Part shown: one piece after another, positions 1 to 8,730 of the stretch
Layout of the letters: every line of letters begins with the position of its first letter
Numbering within the stretch: the stretch's first letter is position 1
Assembly (NCBI GenBank): GCA_919902675.1
Contig: CAKKRH010000030.1
Location: 1 to 41,880, forward strand
Direction: 5' to 3'
Origin: Omnitrophica bacterium GWA2_41_15
Lineage (GTDB): Bacteria; Omnitrophota; Gorgyraeia; Gygaellales; UBA12090
Length of the DNA: 41,880 nucleotides
Program-made: the position numbers and the translations under genes
Notes under the pieces: model-generated
The model's input: only the letters and a program-made list of their open reading frames with translations
What the model was told of the DNA's origin: nothing
The model's database searches: none

Positions 1-1167
1 GAAAGCCGCATTGTTACGCGCACCAAGGAATTGGAATTCGCCAATAAAGGATTAGTTGAGGCCAACTTTATGGCCACGACTCTCTTAGAGGCAATTCCCT
101 TTGTTATGGATATTGTGGATGAGCAAGGAACGGTTTTGCGGGTTAGCCCTAAATTAGAGGCGATAACCGGCAAGGGGGTTTTGGGCGGGAAGTGCTGGGA
201 GTTTTACCGGGATAATAAAAGGCAGTGCCTGGATTGCCCCTTAAGAAAGGAAATAAGAATAGGCCAGACTGCCTTTATGGAAACCAGCGGAGTATTCGGG
301 GGCAGGATATTCAGCGTCAGCCATACCGGAATGATTTATCAGGGGAAGAAGGCGGTCTTGGAAATCTTCCAGGATATTACCGAAAGAAAGCAGTCTGAGG
401 AAGAACTGATAAAGGCCCACGAGGAGCTTAAGTCTGCCCAGGCGCAATTAGTTCAATCAGCCAAGATGGCCTCGGTAGGCCAGCTGGCCGGAGGGGTGGC
501 CCATGAGATCAATAACCCCTTGACCGGGGTATTAAATAATGTCCAGCTGATCAAAATGGAGCTGGCGGATAAAGTTGATTTTAAAATAGATGATTTTAAG
601 GAGCTTTTGGATATTATTGAAGAATCGGCTCAGCGCTGTGCCAAGATAACCCGTTCCCTGTTGGAGTTTTCCCGCTCTCCCAAGGAAACTCTGGCTCCGG
701 TCTCTTTGAATGAGGCAGTGGAAAAGGTGGCGGCCTTAATCAGCCATGAGTTAAAATTGCAGAATATCATAATTGAAAAACAGCTTGAGCCGGATTTACC
801 CCCGGCTTCGGGAAATTTTCAGCTTCTTCAGCAGTGTATTTTTGACATCATCACCAATGCCCGCTGGGCTATCCGCAAAAAATCCGAAAACGCCGGCGGG
901 GTAATCACCATTAAGACTCATTATGACGACCATCTGGGAAAAACGGTGAATATCTCGATTTCGGATACCGGCGTAGGCATTGCCCAGGAAAACTTAGGCA
1001 AGATTTTTGAGCCGTTTTTTACCACTAAACCGGTTGGCGAGGGCACCGGCCTGGGATTATCCATTGTCTATAACATCATCAAGGAGCACAACGGAATAGT
1101 TACCGTGGAAAGCGAGCCCGGCCAGGGAGCGGTATTTAAAATCTCCCTGCCGGCGATAATTATATAG
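1..1167 (+). CDS. PAS-domain sensor histidine kinase (NtrB-like HisKA/HATPase), 5'-truncated by the window edge
   Basis: Frame is open from base 1 (ESRIVTRTKELEFAN...). PAS ends in DITERK; H-box AHEINNPL; G boxes DTGVGI, FEPFFTTK, GTGLGL. Confidence 0.92.
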   Translation, partial: ESRIVTRTKELEFANKGLVEANFMATTLLEAIPFVMDIVDEQGTVLRVSPKLEAITGKGVLGGKCWEFYRDNKRQCLDCPLRKEIRIGQTAFMETSGVFGGRIFSVSHTGMIYQGKKAVLEIFQDITERKQSEEELIKAHEELKSAQAQLVQSAKMASVGQLAGGVAHEINNPLTGVLNNVQLIKMELADKVDFKIDDFKELLDIIEESAQRCAKITRSLLEFSRSPKETLAPVSLNEAVEKVAALISHELKLQNIIIEKQLEPDLPPASGNFQLLQQCIFDIITNARWAIRKKSENAGGVITIKTHYDDHLGKTVNISISDTGVGIAQENLGKIFEPFFTTKPVGEGTGLGLSIVYNIIKEHNGIVTVESEPGQGAVFKISLPAIII

Positions 1168-1302
1168 CCTTGCATAAATATCGCTACATATGAACTTATA
1201 ATCCTGTGTCATTGCGAGGAGCGACAGCGACGAAGCAATCTTACTTTTAAGATTGCTTCGCTTCGCTCGCAATGACACTTTAATTATGCAAAGGTATATA
1301 AT
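1159..1302. mobile_element. MITE-like nested palindromic element (RPE/REP-like)
   Basis: Outer IR ATTATATAGCCTTGCATAA (1159-1177) / TTATGCAAAGGTATATAAT (1284-1302), 17/19. Inner perfect 13-bp stems GTGTCATTGCGAG (1206-1218)/(1266-1278) and CGAAGCAATCTTA (1231-1243)/(1248-1260). Confidence 0.65.
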
Positions 1303-1396
1303 AACCAATAACCAATTTTCAATAATCAAAATATTTGGGTATTGGTATTTGGGTATTGGAATTTATTTGGTTATTGCATCTTGGTGGTTGGTTATT
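1300..1396. repeat. Heptamer-based imperfect palindrome (AATAACC / GGTATTG units)
   Basis: AATAACCAATAACCAA (1300-1315) vs TTGGTGGTTGGTTATT (1381-1396), 14/16 inverted match; repeated GTATTGG units in the right arm. Confidence 0.75.
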
Positions 1397-1417
1397 AAAT
1401 AAGAAGGAAAGAATACG

Positions 1418-3220
1418 ATGACTAAAAAAGCTGTTTCAGGCGGACTAAATACCAGGGTTTATTATTTATTTATTTTTATAACTTTTATCTTTTTCCTCTT
1501 GACCGGAGTTGTGGTTTTTGCCCGGACCAAGGCTATAATCAAGAATTTTATTTTTAATGAGCTGGGCTATTTTATTCAGAATGTTGACGCCAGGATTGAC
1601 CTTTTTATTGAGGCCAAAAAAGGCCGGGCCCTGGATTTTTGTTCCGACGGCATCATTAAAGACGGGCTTACCTATTACGATCCCGACGATAAAGACGTGG
1701 ATAAACTCCGTCAGCAGATTGATGATCATTTGGCTAAAAACAAGGTGGTGCTGGATGCCCAGCTTGAGGACACCCTTATCCTTAACCTTAAGGGAAAGGT
1801 TATTTTTTCCAATAATGAGCGGAATATTGGAAAGGATAAATCGCGAGAAGAATATTTCAGGCAGATCAGTCGTTATTTTAAAGATCAGGCGGTTTTAAAG
1901 AAACTCCGCCGCAATCCTACTTCTACAGTTTATGCCGGTGATGTCTATGTTTCTGAAGACCTGAATGCCCCGGCTTTGGCGGTTTCCAATATTATTACTG
2001 CCCGGGCTACCGGACTTCCTCTGGGGGTCCTGGTTAACCGCTACCGGCTGGATGTCCTGATAAAATCCATAGAGATACGCGAGGCCGCGATGGGAAATAC
2101 AGGCAAGTTTTACCTGATTAATAAAGACGGGCTTTTGCTTAACATACCAAAATTTTTTCCCTCCGGGAAAAAAGAAGATATAATTTTAAAAGAAAGGATA
2201 GATATTCCGGTGGCGATCACCATCTTGGAGGATTCGGTTAAAATGTTAGGCGTATACCGGGATTTCCGCGCCGAGCCGGTTCTGGGAGCGGCAATGTTGA
2301 TGAAAAGAAATAACTGGTTGATTATCGCGGAAAAAGATACCCGGGAGGCATTCGCCCCTCTTTACAGCTTAACCTGGCAGATGATTTTTATCGGCTTGGC
2401 CGCTTTAGTGGTGATTGTCGGGGTATTCTTATTTATTATCCGCCTGCATAAAAAAGTAGATGAAAAAAACCGGGAATTAGAGGATTCCCGCAATAAGATG
2501 TTTCAAAGCGGAAAGCTGGCCGCGGTGGGGCAATTGGCCAGCAGTGTGGCCCATGAGATTAACAATCCGCTTACCGGTGTTTTAAACAATGTCCAGTTGA
2601 TTAAGATGGAGATGGAGATGGGGGCGGATTTTAAGGTTACGGATTTCAAAGAGCAGTTGGATGTGATTGAGGAGTCGGCCTCCCGGTGCGTGAAAATAGC
2701 CCGCTCTTTATTGGATTTCTCCCGTGCCGCCAAGGGGACATTCCAGCCTTTTTCCCTGAATGAGGCGGTAGAGAAGACCATAACCTTAATCGGCCACGAA
2801 CTAAAATTGCGTGATGTCTCGGTAAAAAAAGAGCTGGGGGAAAATCTTCCCCGGATTCAAGGCGATACCCAGCTCATCCAGCAGGTCATCTTTGATATTG
2901 TTAATAACGCCAGATACGCCATAGAAAAAAACCCCAAAAAAGAAGCCGGGCTGATAATCTTAAAAACCCGCTATGATATGGTTAAGGATCTGGTTTTGCT
3001 TTCCATCTCTGACAACGGCACGGGAATCTCTCCGGAAAATCTGGATAAACTTTTCACCCCGTTTTTTACCACTAAGCCGGTTGGTGAGGGTACCGGATTG
3101 GGCCTGTCTTTTATCCAGGACATTGTGAAGAGGCATAACGGTAAAGTTTCAGTGGAAAGCGAATTAGGCAAAGGAACGACTTTTCATATTTCTTTTCCGG
3201 TGATAAAGGAGAATAAATGA
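1418..3220 (+). CDS. Membrane sensor histidine kinase (TM - Cache-like periplasmic domain - TM - HisKA - HATPase)
   Basis: Two hydrophobic segments; Cache-like motifs (IGKDKSREEYF, YRDFRAEPVLGA, WLIIAEKD); AHEINNPL; DNGTGI, FTPFFTTK, GTGLGL. Confidence 0.92.
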   Translation: MTKKAVSGGLNTRVYYLFIFITFIFFLLTGVVVFARTKAIIKNFIFNELGYFIQNVDARIDLFIEAKKGRALDFCSDGIIKDGLTYYDPDDKDVDKLRQQIDDHLAKNKVVLDAQLEDTLILNLKGKVIFSNNERNIGKDKSREEYFRQISRYFKDQAVLKKLRRNPTSTVYAGDVYVSEDLNAPALAVSNIITARATGLPLGVLVNRYRLDVLIKSIEIREAAMGNTGKFYLINKDGLLLNIPKFFPSGKKEDIILKERIDIPVAITILEDSVKMLGVYRDFRAEPVLGAAMLMKRNNWLIIAEKDTREAFAPLYSLTWQMIFIGLAALVVIVGVFLFIIRLHKKVDEKNRELEDSRNKMFQSGKLAAVGQLASSVAHEINNPLTGVLNNVQLIKMEMEMGADFKVTDFKEQLDVIEESASRCVKIARSLLDFSRAAKGTFQPFSLNEAVEKTITLIGHELKLRDVSVKKELGENLPRIQGDTQLIQQVIFDIVNNARYAIEKNPKKEAGLIILKTRYDMVKDLVLLSISDNGTGISPENLDKLFTPFFTTKPVGEGTGLGLSFIQDIVKRHNGKVSVESELGKGTTFHISFPVIKENK

Positions 3221-3957
3221 CAGAAAAGACTAAATTGAAAGTGTTGGTAGTTGACGATGAAAAGGTGATTCGGGACTTCTTGAGCCGTTTTTTAAGCCTG
3301 CAATTGGCCCAGGTGAAGACCGCCGCCGACGGAGAAACGGCCATAGAGCTGGCCAAAACCGAGGAATTTGATTTGGTGTTTTTGGATATCCGGATGCCCA
3401 AGACCAACGGCCTGGAAACATTCGGGGAACTGAAGAAGATAACTCCGGATATAGCCTGCGTGTTTATGACCGGGTATGCCTCAGCCGAAGAGGATTTGAT
3501 TAACAAGATTAAATATGAAGGGATTATGTGCGTGCGCAAGCCCTTTGAGAATTTAAATAAGATAAAAGAGATAGTGGAGAATGTGCTTAAGGAGGCCAGC
3601 CTTGTGCCGGATAAAAAAGAGAGTGATCCTAAGGAGAAAAGGGCCTATCGGCGCTTTGATATGGTTTTAGAAGTAGACTACCGGATAAAAGGTAAGACAG
3701 GCGCTTTTAGCCATTGCCTAAGCAATAATATTTCCCTGGGAGGAATAAGGCTTTTAGCGCCTGATGAGTTTTCTCTGGGGACAAAATTGGATTTGGTTAT
3801 CAAGAGCCCGGACAATAAAAATACCTGCGCGGTTCCCGGCGAGGTGGTCTGGGTGAGAAAATCCGAGAGCAAGGCCGGCCATTACGAGGCGGGAATAAAA
3901 TTCAGCGAAATAAATATTAATCAGTTGTCCGGGCTGATGATGTCAATAACTGAATAA
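3217..3957 (+). CDS. Response regulator receiver fused to a PilZ domain
   Basis: VLVVDDE, FLDIRMP, MTGY, RKPF; C-terminal KRAYRR (RxxxR) and NISLGG (D/NxSxxG), GEVVWVR, AGIKF. ATGA-type overlap with the upstream kinase. Confidence 0.88.
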   Translation: MTEKTKLKVLVVDDEKVIRDFLSRFLSLQLAQVKTAADGETAIELAKTEEFDLVFLDIRMPKTNGLETFGELKKITPDIACVFMTGYASAEEDLINKIKYEGIMCVRKPFENLNKIKEIVENVLKEASLVPDKKESDPKEKRAYRRFDMVLEVDYRIKGKTGAFSHCLSNNISLGGIRLLAPDEFSLGTKLDLVIKSPDNKNTCAVPGEVVWVRKSESKAGHYEAGIKFSEININQLSGLMMSITE

Positions 3958-4087
3958 ACACTAAATTCTAAACTCTAAATCCTAAACAAACCCAAAAGCT
4001 AAAATCCTAAATCCAAAACACATGTTTTGAGTTTTGTATTTATAGTTTTGAGTTTGTTTAGAGTTTAGAATTTCGGGTTTAGAGTTT
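3955..4087. repeat. Family A palindromic heptamer element, copy 1 (133 bp)
   Basis: AAACACT AAATTCT AAACTCT AAATCCT AAACAAACCCAAA ... AAAACA-CA-TGTTTT ... TTTGAGTTTGTTTAG AGTTT AGAATTT CGGGTTT AGAGTTT. Starts at the TAA stop codon. Confidence 0.92.
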
Positions 4088-4115
4088 GTATTAGGGTTTC
4101 ATATGGAGACGCGAT

Positions 4116-4859
4116 ATGGCTGATACGAAAATCAAGGTTTTGGTAGTTGACGATGAAAAGATTATCCGGGATTTTTTTGCCCGGCTTTTATCTTTGCAGG
4201 GATTAGAGGTTGTTGAGGCCGAAGACGGCTATAAGGCCTCAGAACTTGCCAAGGCAGGTAAGTTTGACCTTTATTTTATTGATGTGCGCATGCCCGGATT
4301 GGACGGATTGGAAACCTTCCGCAAGGTAAGGCAGGTTCATCCTGAGGCGCTAGTTGTGATGATGACCGGTTACGCCTTGGATAATATTTTAGAGCAGGCC
4401 CAGAAGGAAGGGGCATCCGGCTCCATCCGCAAACCCTTTGCTATAGGTGAGATAAAAGGCATCGTGGAGAAGGCCTCCCGGGAAAGAAACAAGGGGGCTT
4501 CCAATATTTTAGTCATTGATGATGATCAAGCGGTGCTTAATTTCTTCGGTAATTTTTTAAAGGCCAAGGACCAGAAATACAGCCTGATAAATAATGCCCA
4601 AGGCGCTTTAGAACTTATTCAAAGAGAGAAATTTGATTTGGTCTTCTTGGATTTGGTGCTTAAGAAGGATGATGGTTTAGAGCTCTATAAAAAGATTAAG
4701 GAAGCCATGCCCCAGGCGGAGCTGGTGATAATTACCGGATATCACGATAAAGCTCGAGAAATTGAAGGCAGGCCCGATATCAGCGGTTTTCTTTATAAAC
4801 CCTTTGAGATTGAGGGGATAATCAAATATATTGAAAAAATAAAAAATGACCGAAGTTGA
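4116..4859 (+). CDS. Tandem receiver-domain protein (REC-REC)
   Basis: Two REC motif sets: VLVVDDE/FIDVRMP/MMTGY/RKPF and ILVIDDD/FLDLVL/IITGY/YKPF. GGAG SD upstream. Confidence 0.9.
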   Translation: MADTKIKVLVVDDEKIIRDFFARLLSLQGLEVVEAEDGYKASELAKAGKFDLYFIDVRMPGLDGLETFRKVRQVHPEALVVMMTGYALDNILEQAQKEGASGSIRKPFAIGEIKGIVEKASRERNKGASNILVIDDDQAVLNFFGNFLKAKDQKYSLINNAQGALELIQREKFDLVFLDLVLKKDDGLELYKKIKEAMPQAELVIITGYHDKAREIEGRPDISGFLYKPFEIEGIIKYIEKIKNDRS

Positions 4860-6393
4860 CAGCCTTAAAGAGGAAAACCAGCGCCTGCGCGACGAGCTCA
4901 ACGACCGGATTTTTGAGCTGTCCATACTTTATGATATCTCTAACAGCATCAGCTATACCTTAAATTATGAGGATTTTATGAAGATTATGGCTGATTCCCT
5001 GAATAGGATTATTGATTACGACCTCTGCAGTTCCTTGCTTATACTCGACGGAGAAAAGGCCAGGATGATAATCCGCGCGGCCCATCCCGTAAAGAGGGAT
5101 ATCTTTGAGGAAGTTAAGAATAATGTGATCGCTTCTTTAAATTCGCTTCGGCCAAGAGCTATTTCCGGTGAGGAGATTGAGTTTGAGGTCAGGGGAGAGA
5201 TTCTGGATGATAAGAGAAGCGAAGGCGAACGGATAGTTTCTTCTTTTGACGTGCCTTTGTTTGTGCGTCAGGAGGCGGTGGGGATATTAAATGTGGCCGC
5301 GGTCAGGGACATCGCCTATTCGGATGAGGAGATAAAACTGCTTTATACCCTGGCCTCCCAGGCCTCCGCGGCTATTGAAAGGTTGCAGGCGGTATTATCC
5401 GCGGAAAAGAGCAAGATGAAGGTGATGGTGGAGAGGATGTCTGAGGGGGTGGCGATGTTTGACGAAAAAGATGAGCTGGTGATTGTCAATTCCGCCTTTA
5501 ATGAGATGACCGGAGGCGACTTAAGCCTGTTGGGTGAGCTGGATGAGATAAAGAAGCGCCGCAAACAGCCGAAGGTTCTGGATATTCATTTGGAAAAACC
5601 GTTTCCGCGGGTAATTAACAGCGAATCAGCCTGTATTGAGGACGATAATGGCCGGTATCTGGGGATAGTAATGCTCTTGAGGGATGTAAGCAAGGAGCGG
5701 GAGATTGAACAGATGAAGTCGGATTTTGTTTCGCTGGTTTCCCACGAACTGCGCACGCCCCTGGTAGCCATAAAGGGAGCGGCGGATAATCTCTTAGACG
5801 GCCTGGCGGGTGAGTTAAACGATATTCAGAAGGATTGTCTGGTTCTTTCCAAACGTAACATTGACCGCTTAAACCGGTTGATTTCCGACCTTTTGGATAT
5901 ATCCCGGATTGAAGCCGGAAAGATTCAACTTAACAAACAGCCGGCGGATGCCGCTTCTATAGTTAAGGACGTGTTGGGTTTATTTCAGGCAAGCGCGAAA
6001 GAGAAAAACATCGCTTTGGAGTCATTACTGCCTGAGGAGCTTCCCTTAGTTACGATTGATTCGGATAAGATTAATCAGGTGCTTACCAATTTAGTGGGTA
6101 ATGCCTTGAAGTTTACTCCCGCCCAGGGTAAAATAATGATCAAGGTTTTTCGCGCGGAGAACTTCTTGCGGGTAGAGGTGAGGGATACCGGAGTAGGTAT
6201 CCCTAAGCAGGATCTGGAGAAGGTTTTTGACAAATTTTATCAGGTGGACCGCAATAAGAGTTTTACCTCGGTTAAAGGTACCGGCTTGGGGCTTCCTATA
6301 TCTAAAGGCATTGTGGAAAGGCACGGAGGCAAAATCTGGGCCGAGAGCGAGGCGGGAGAGGGAAGTAAATTCATTTTCACCCTTCCTGTTTAA
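4846..6393 (+). CDS. Cytoplasmic GAF-PAS sensor histidine kinase
   Basis: GAF motifs (VPLFVRQEAVGIL, LLYTLASQASAAIE), PAS (MSEGVAMFD...LLRDVS), H-box SHELRTPL, NLVGNALKFT, DTGVGI, GTGLGL. Confidence 0.92.
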   Translation: MTEVDSLKEENQRLRDELNDRIFELSILYDISNSISYTLNYEDFMKIMADSLNRIIDYDLCSSLLILDGEKARMIIRAAHPVKRDIFEEVKNNVIASLNSLRPRAISGEEIEFEVRGEILDDKRSEGERIVSSFDVPLFVRQEAVGILNVAAVRDIAYSDEEIKLLYTLASQASAAIERLQAVLSAEKSKMKVMVERMSEGVAMFDEKDELVIVNSAFNEMTGGDLSLLGELDEIKKRRKQPKVLDIHLEKPFPRVINSESACIEDDNGRYLGIVMLLRDVSKEREIEQMKSDFVSLVSHELRTPLVAIKGAADNLLDGLAGELNDIQKDCLVLSKRNIDRLNRLISDLLDISRIEAGKIQLNKQPADAASIVKDVLGLFQASAKEKNIALESLLPEELPLVTIDSDKINQVLTNLVGNALKFTPAQGKIMIKVFRAENFLRVEVRDTGVGIPKQDLEKVFDKFYQVDRNKSFTSVKGTGLGLPISKGIVERHGGKIWAESEAGEGSKFIFTLPV

Positions 6394-6487
6394 ACTCTAA
6401 ACTCTAAACCCGAAACTCTAAACAAACTCAAATATTTAAACCTAAAATCCAAAACAAAATAAACATAGAATTTTGTGTTTTGGGTTT
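6391..6487. repeat. Family A element, copy 2 (full left arm, truncated right arm)
   Basis: T AAACTCT AAACTCT AAACCCG AAACTCT AAACAAACTCAAA ... AAAACA-N19-TGTTTTGGGTTT. Starts at the TAA stop codon. Confidence 0.85.
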
Positions 6488-6511
6488 ACTTTTAATTTTA
6501 TAGGTGCTGCT

Positions 6512-6886
6512 ATGGACAAAAAGCCTAAGATTCTTTTAGTGGATGATGAGCCGGATGTTTTGAGTATGACCAAGATGCGCTTAGCCTCGGCAGGTTATGA
6601 GGTTATTACCGCTGAAGAAGGCGTTATGGCTTATAATATGGCCAAGTCCGAAGCGCCGAATTTAATTATCTTAGATGTGATGCTTCCGGGTATGGACGGA
6701 TACCATATCTGCCGGCTTTTGAAATTTGACCAGAAATACCGCGGTATTCCGATAATTATGCTTACGGCGCGGGGGCAGAAAGAAGACCAGGAATTGGGCG
6801 CCAAGGTGGGAGCGGATTGTTATATGGTCAAGCCCTTTGATCCCAAGGAGTTTTTGGATAAAATTAAAGAATTGCTAAAGATATGA
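6512..6886 (+). CDS. Single-domain response regulator (CheY/OmpR-type REC)
   Basis: ILLVDDE, ILDVMLP, MLTARG, VKPF. ATG 6512 chosen over TTG 6473, which lies inside the repeat. Confidence 0.9.
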   Translation: MDKKPKILLVDDEPDVLSMTKMRLASAGYEVITAEEGVMAYNMAKSEAPNLIILDVMLPGMDGYHICRLLKFDQKYRGIPIIMLTARGQKEDQELGAKVGADCYMVKPFDPKEFLDKIKELLKI

Positions 6887-7746
6887 AGAAACCGGGAAAA
6901 CTCTGGTTTTTTAGTCTTTTGGTCCTTTTGTTTTTCGGGTCAATCAACTGCTTTGCCCAGGAGTGGCAGGAGTTAAGGGGAGACCATTTTCTGGTTTATT
7001 TTACCAAGGATGAAGGTTTCGCCAAAGATGTCTTAAATAAATCCGAGCTTTACTATAACCGGATAAGTTCGGATTTGGGCTATGCCCGTTATTCGGAATT
7101 CTGGACCTGGGATAAACGGGTGAAGATTTATATCTATCCGGATAAGGATTCTTTTTTAAAGGCTTCCGGTGAACAAAATTGGTCGGAAGGCCTAGCGGAC
7201 TACAAAAAGAAAGAGATTGTCAGCTATGCCTGGAACCAGGGTTTCCTGGAGAGCCTGCTTCCCCATGAACTGGCCCATTTGATCTTCCGGGATTTTGTCG
7301 GCTTTAAGGGAGAGGTGCCTCTCTGGCTGGATGAAGGAGTGGCCCAATGGGCGGAAGAGGCCAAAAGAAAGCATGTGAAAGAAATTTCCAGACAGCTCTA
7401 TAAAGAGGACACCCTGCTTTCGCTTTCGGATATGATGAATTTGAATATACGTAATATCAGCGATAAAGACGGAGTTCGTATCCGTTCAGCCAGGACCAAG
7501 GATAATAAAGAAGGGGTTTTGTTTTTGAGCGGGAATAATCTGGTCAATGTATTTTATGTCCAGGCGGTTTCTTTGGTGGGTTTTCTGGTGGAAAAATACG
7601 GCGGGTCAAGTTTTATTGATTTCTGCCGCCAGCTTCGGGATGGGAAAGGCCTGGAAGACGCCTTAAGTTCAGCTTACTCCGGATTAGTGGGAAGCCTCGA
7701 GGAGCTGGAAGATAAATGGAGAAGATATTTAGAGGAAGGAGGATAA
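6883..7746 (+). CDS. Secreted peptidase MA-like (gluzincin-type) protein
   Basis: Signal peptide (MKKPGKLWFFSLLVLLFFGSINCFA|QE); HELAH zinc motif; downstream PLWLDEGVA third ligand. Confidence 0.75.
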   Translation: MKKPGKLWFFSLLVLLFFGSINCFAQEWQELRGDHFLVYFTKDEGFAKDVLNKSELYYNRISSDLGYARYSEFWTWDKRVKIYIYPDKDSFLKASGEQNWSEGLADYKKKEIVSYAWNQGFLESLLPHELAHLIFRDFVGFKGEVPLWLDEGVAQWAEEAKRKHVKEISRQLYKEDTLLSLSDMMNLNIRNISDKDGVRIRSARTKDNKEGVLFLSGNNLVNVFYVQAVSLVGFLVEKYGGSSFIDFCRQLRDGKGLEDALSSAYSGLVGSLEELEDKWRRYLEEGG

Positions 7747-7750
7747 AGAT

Positions 7751-8152
7751 ATGAGAAGAAACGGTTTTACCCTGATTGAACTTATGCTGGTAGTCATAAT
7801 TATCGGCGCGCTGGCGGCAATGGTTGTCCCCCGTTTTGCCGGAAGGGGGGAGCAGGCGCGGGTGGGAGCGGCCAAGGCCGATATCCAGGCCAATATCGCC
7901 ACCGGCTTAAAGATGTATGAGATGGATAATGGAGGCTTCCCTACTACGGAAGAGGGTTTAGCCGCCTTGTTGGGTAAGCCATCTTCAGCTAACAACTGGA
8001 ACGGCCCTTACCTGGAAAGAAAGGCTGTTGATCCTTGGGGCCGGGAATACAAATACAAATCTCCCGGTGAACACCGGAGCGCGGATTATGATTTGTATTC
8101 TTTGGGTAAAGACGGCGCGGAAAGCGCGGACGATGTAAAGAACTGGGAATAA
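7751..8152 (+). CDS. gspG: Type II secretion major pseudopilin GspG
   Basis: G|FTLIELMLVVIIIG prepilin motif; PTTEEGL, WNGPYL, DPWGREYKY, YDLYSLGKDG. Confidence 0.92.
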   Translation: MRRNGFTLIELMLVVIIIGALAAMVVPRFAGRGEQARVGAAKADIQANIATGLKMYEMDNGGFPTTEEGLAALLGKPSSANNWNGPYLERKAVDPWGREYKYKSPGEHRSADYDLYSLGKDGAESADDVKNWE

Positions 8153-8164
8153 TTTAAAACTCCC

Positions 8165-8346
8165 TAAACCCTAAATCCAAAATCCTAAACTCTAAACAAA
8201 CTCAAAATGATAAATTCAAAACTCAAATATAATGTTTTGGGTTTGGAAAATTTTTATTTTGGATTTGTTTAGGATTTATGGTTTAGTGTTTAGAGCTTAT
8301 CTTTTATGTTCAGTATTTAAAGTTTTAAATTCAAATTATGAAGAAA
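8165..8346. repeat. Family A element, copy 3, plus 3' tail; direct repeat of 8731-8913
   Basis: Palindromic heptamer element 8165-8299 followed by TCTTTTATGTTCAGTATTT...AAATTATGAAGAAA, shared with the next copy. Confidence 0.92.
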
Positions 8347-8727
8347 GAAGCGCGCGGGTTTACCCTAATTGAGGTATTGGTTACTACCGCGGTTTTATCT
8401 TTAGGTATAGTGCTTATCTACCGGGCATTTTTTACCCTGCTGGATTCCTTTGGTTATTACAGCAATTATTTGAGGGTAGCTGCTTTTGCCGATGAAAAAC
8501 TCTGGCAGGCCCAGGACGCCTTAAGTTGTTTCGGCCCTGATGCCGGGGCAGGGTCCTCGGGCAGGCTGAATATCCAGAATAAGGATTTTAACTGGAGGCT
8601 TTCGGTTAGTCCGATTGAAGCGGAAAGCCTATACAGGATAGATTTGGCAGTAAGCTGGCGCCAAGGCCCCAGGACAAGAGAGCTTTCTAGAAACGGTTAC
8701 GCCTTGTATATCAAGAAAGAATCCTAA
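8338..8727 (+). CDS. Minor pseudopilin, GspI/PilV-like
   Basis: G|FTLIEVLV prepilin motif, 129 aa, FNWRL and LYRIDLAVSW segments typical of GspI-like proteins. Confidence 0.8.
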   Translation: MKKEARGFTLIEVLVTTAVLSLGIVLIYRAFFTLLDSFGYYSNYLRVAAFADEKLWQAQDALSCFGPDAGAGSSGRLNIQNKDFNWRLSVSPIEAESLYRIDLAVSWRQGPRTRELSRNGYALYIKKES

Positions 8728-8730
8728 AAA

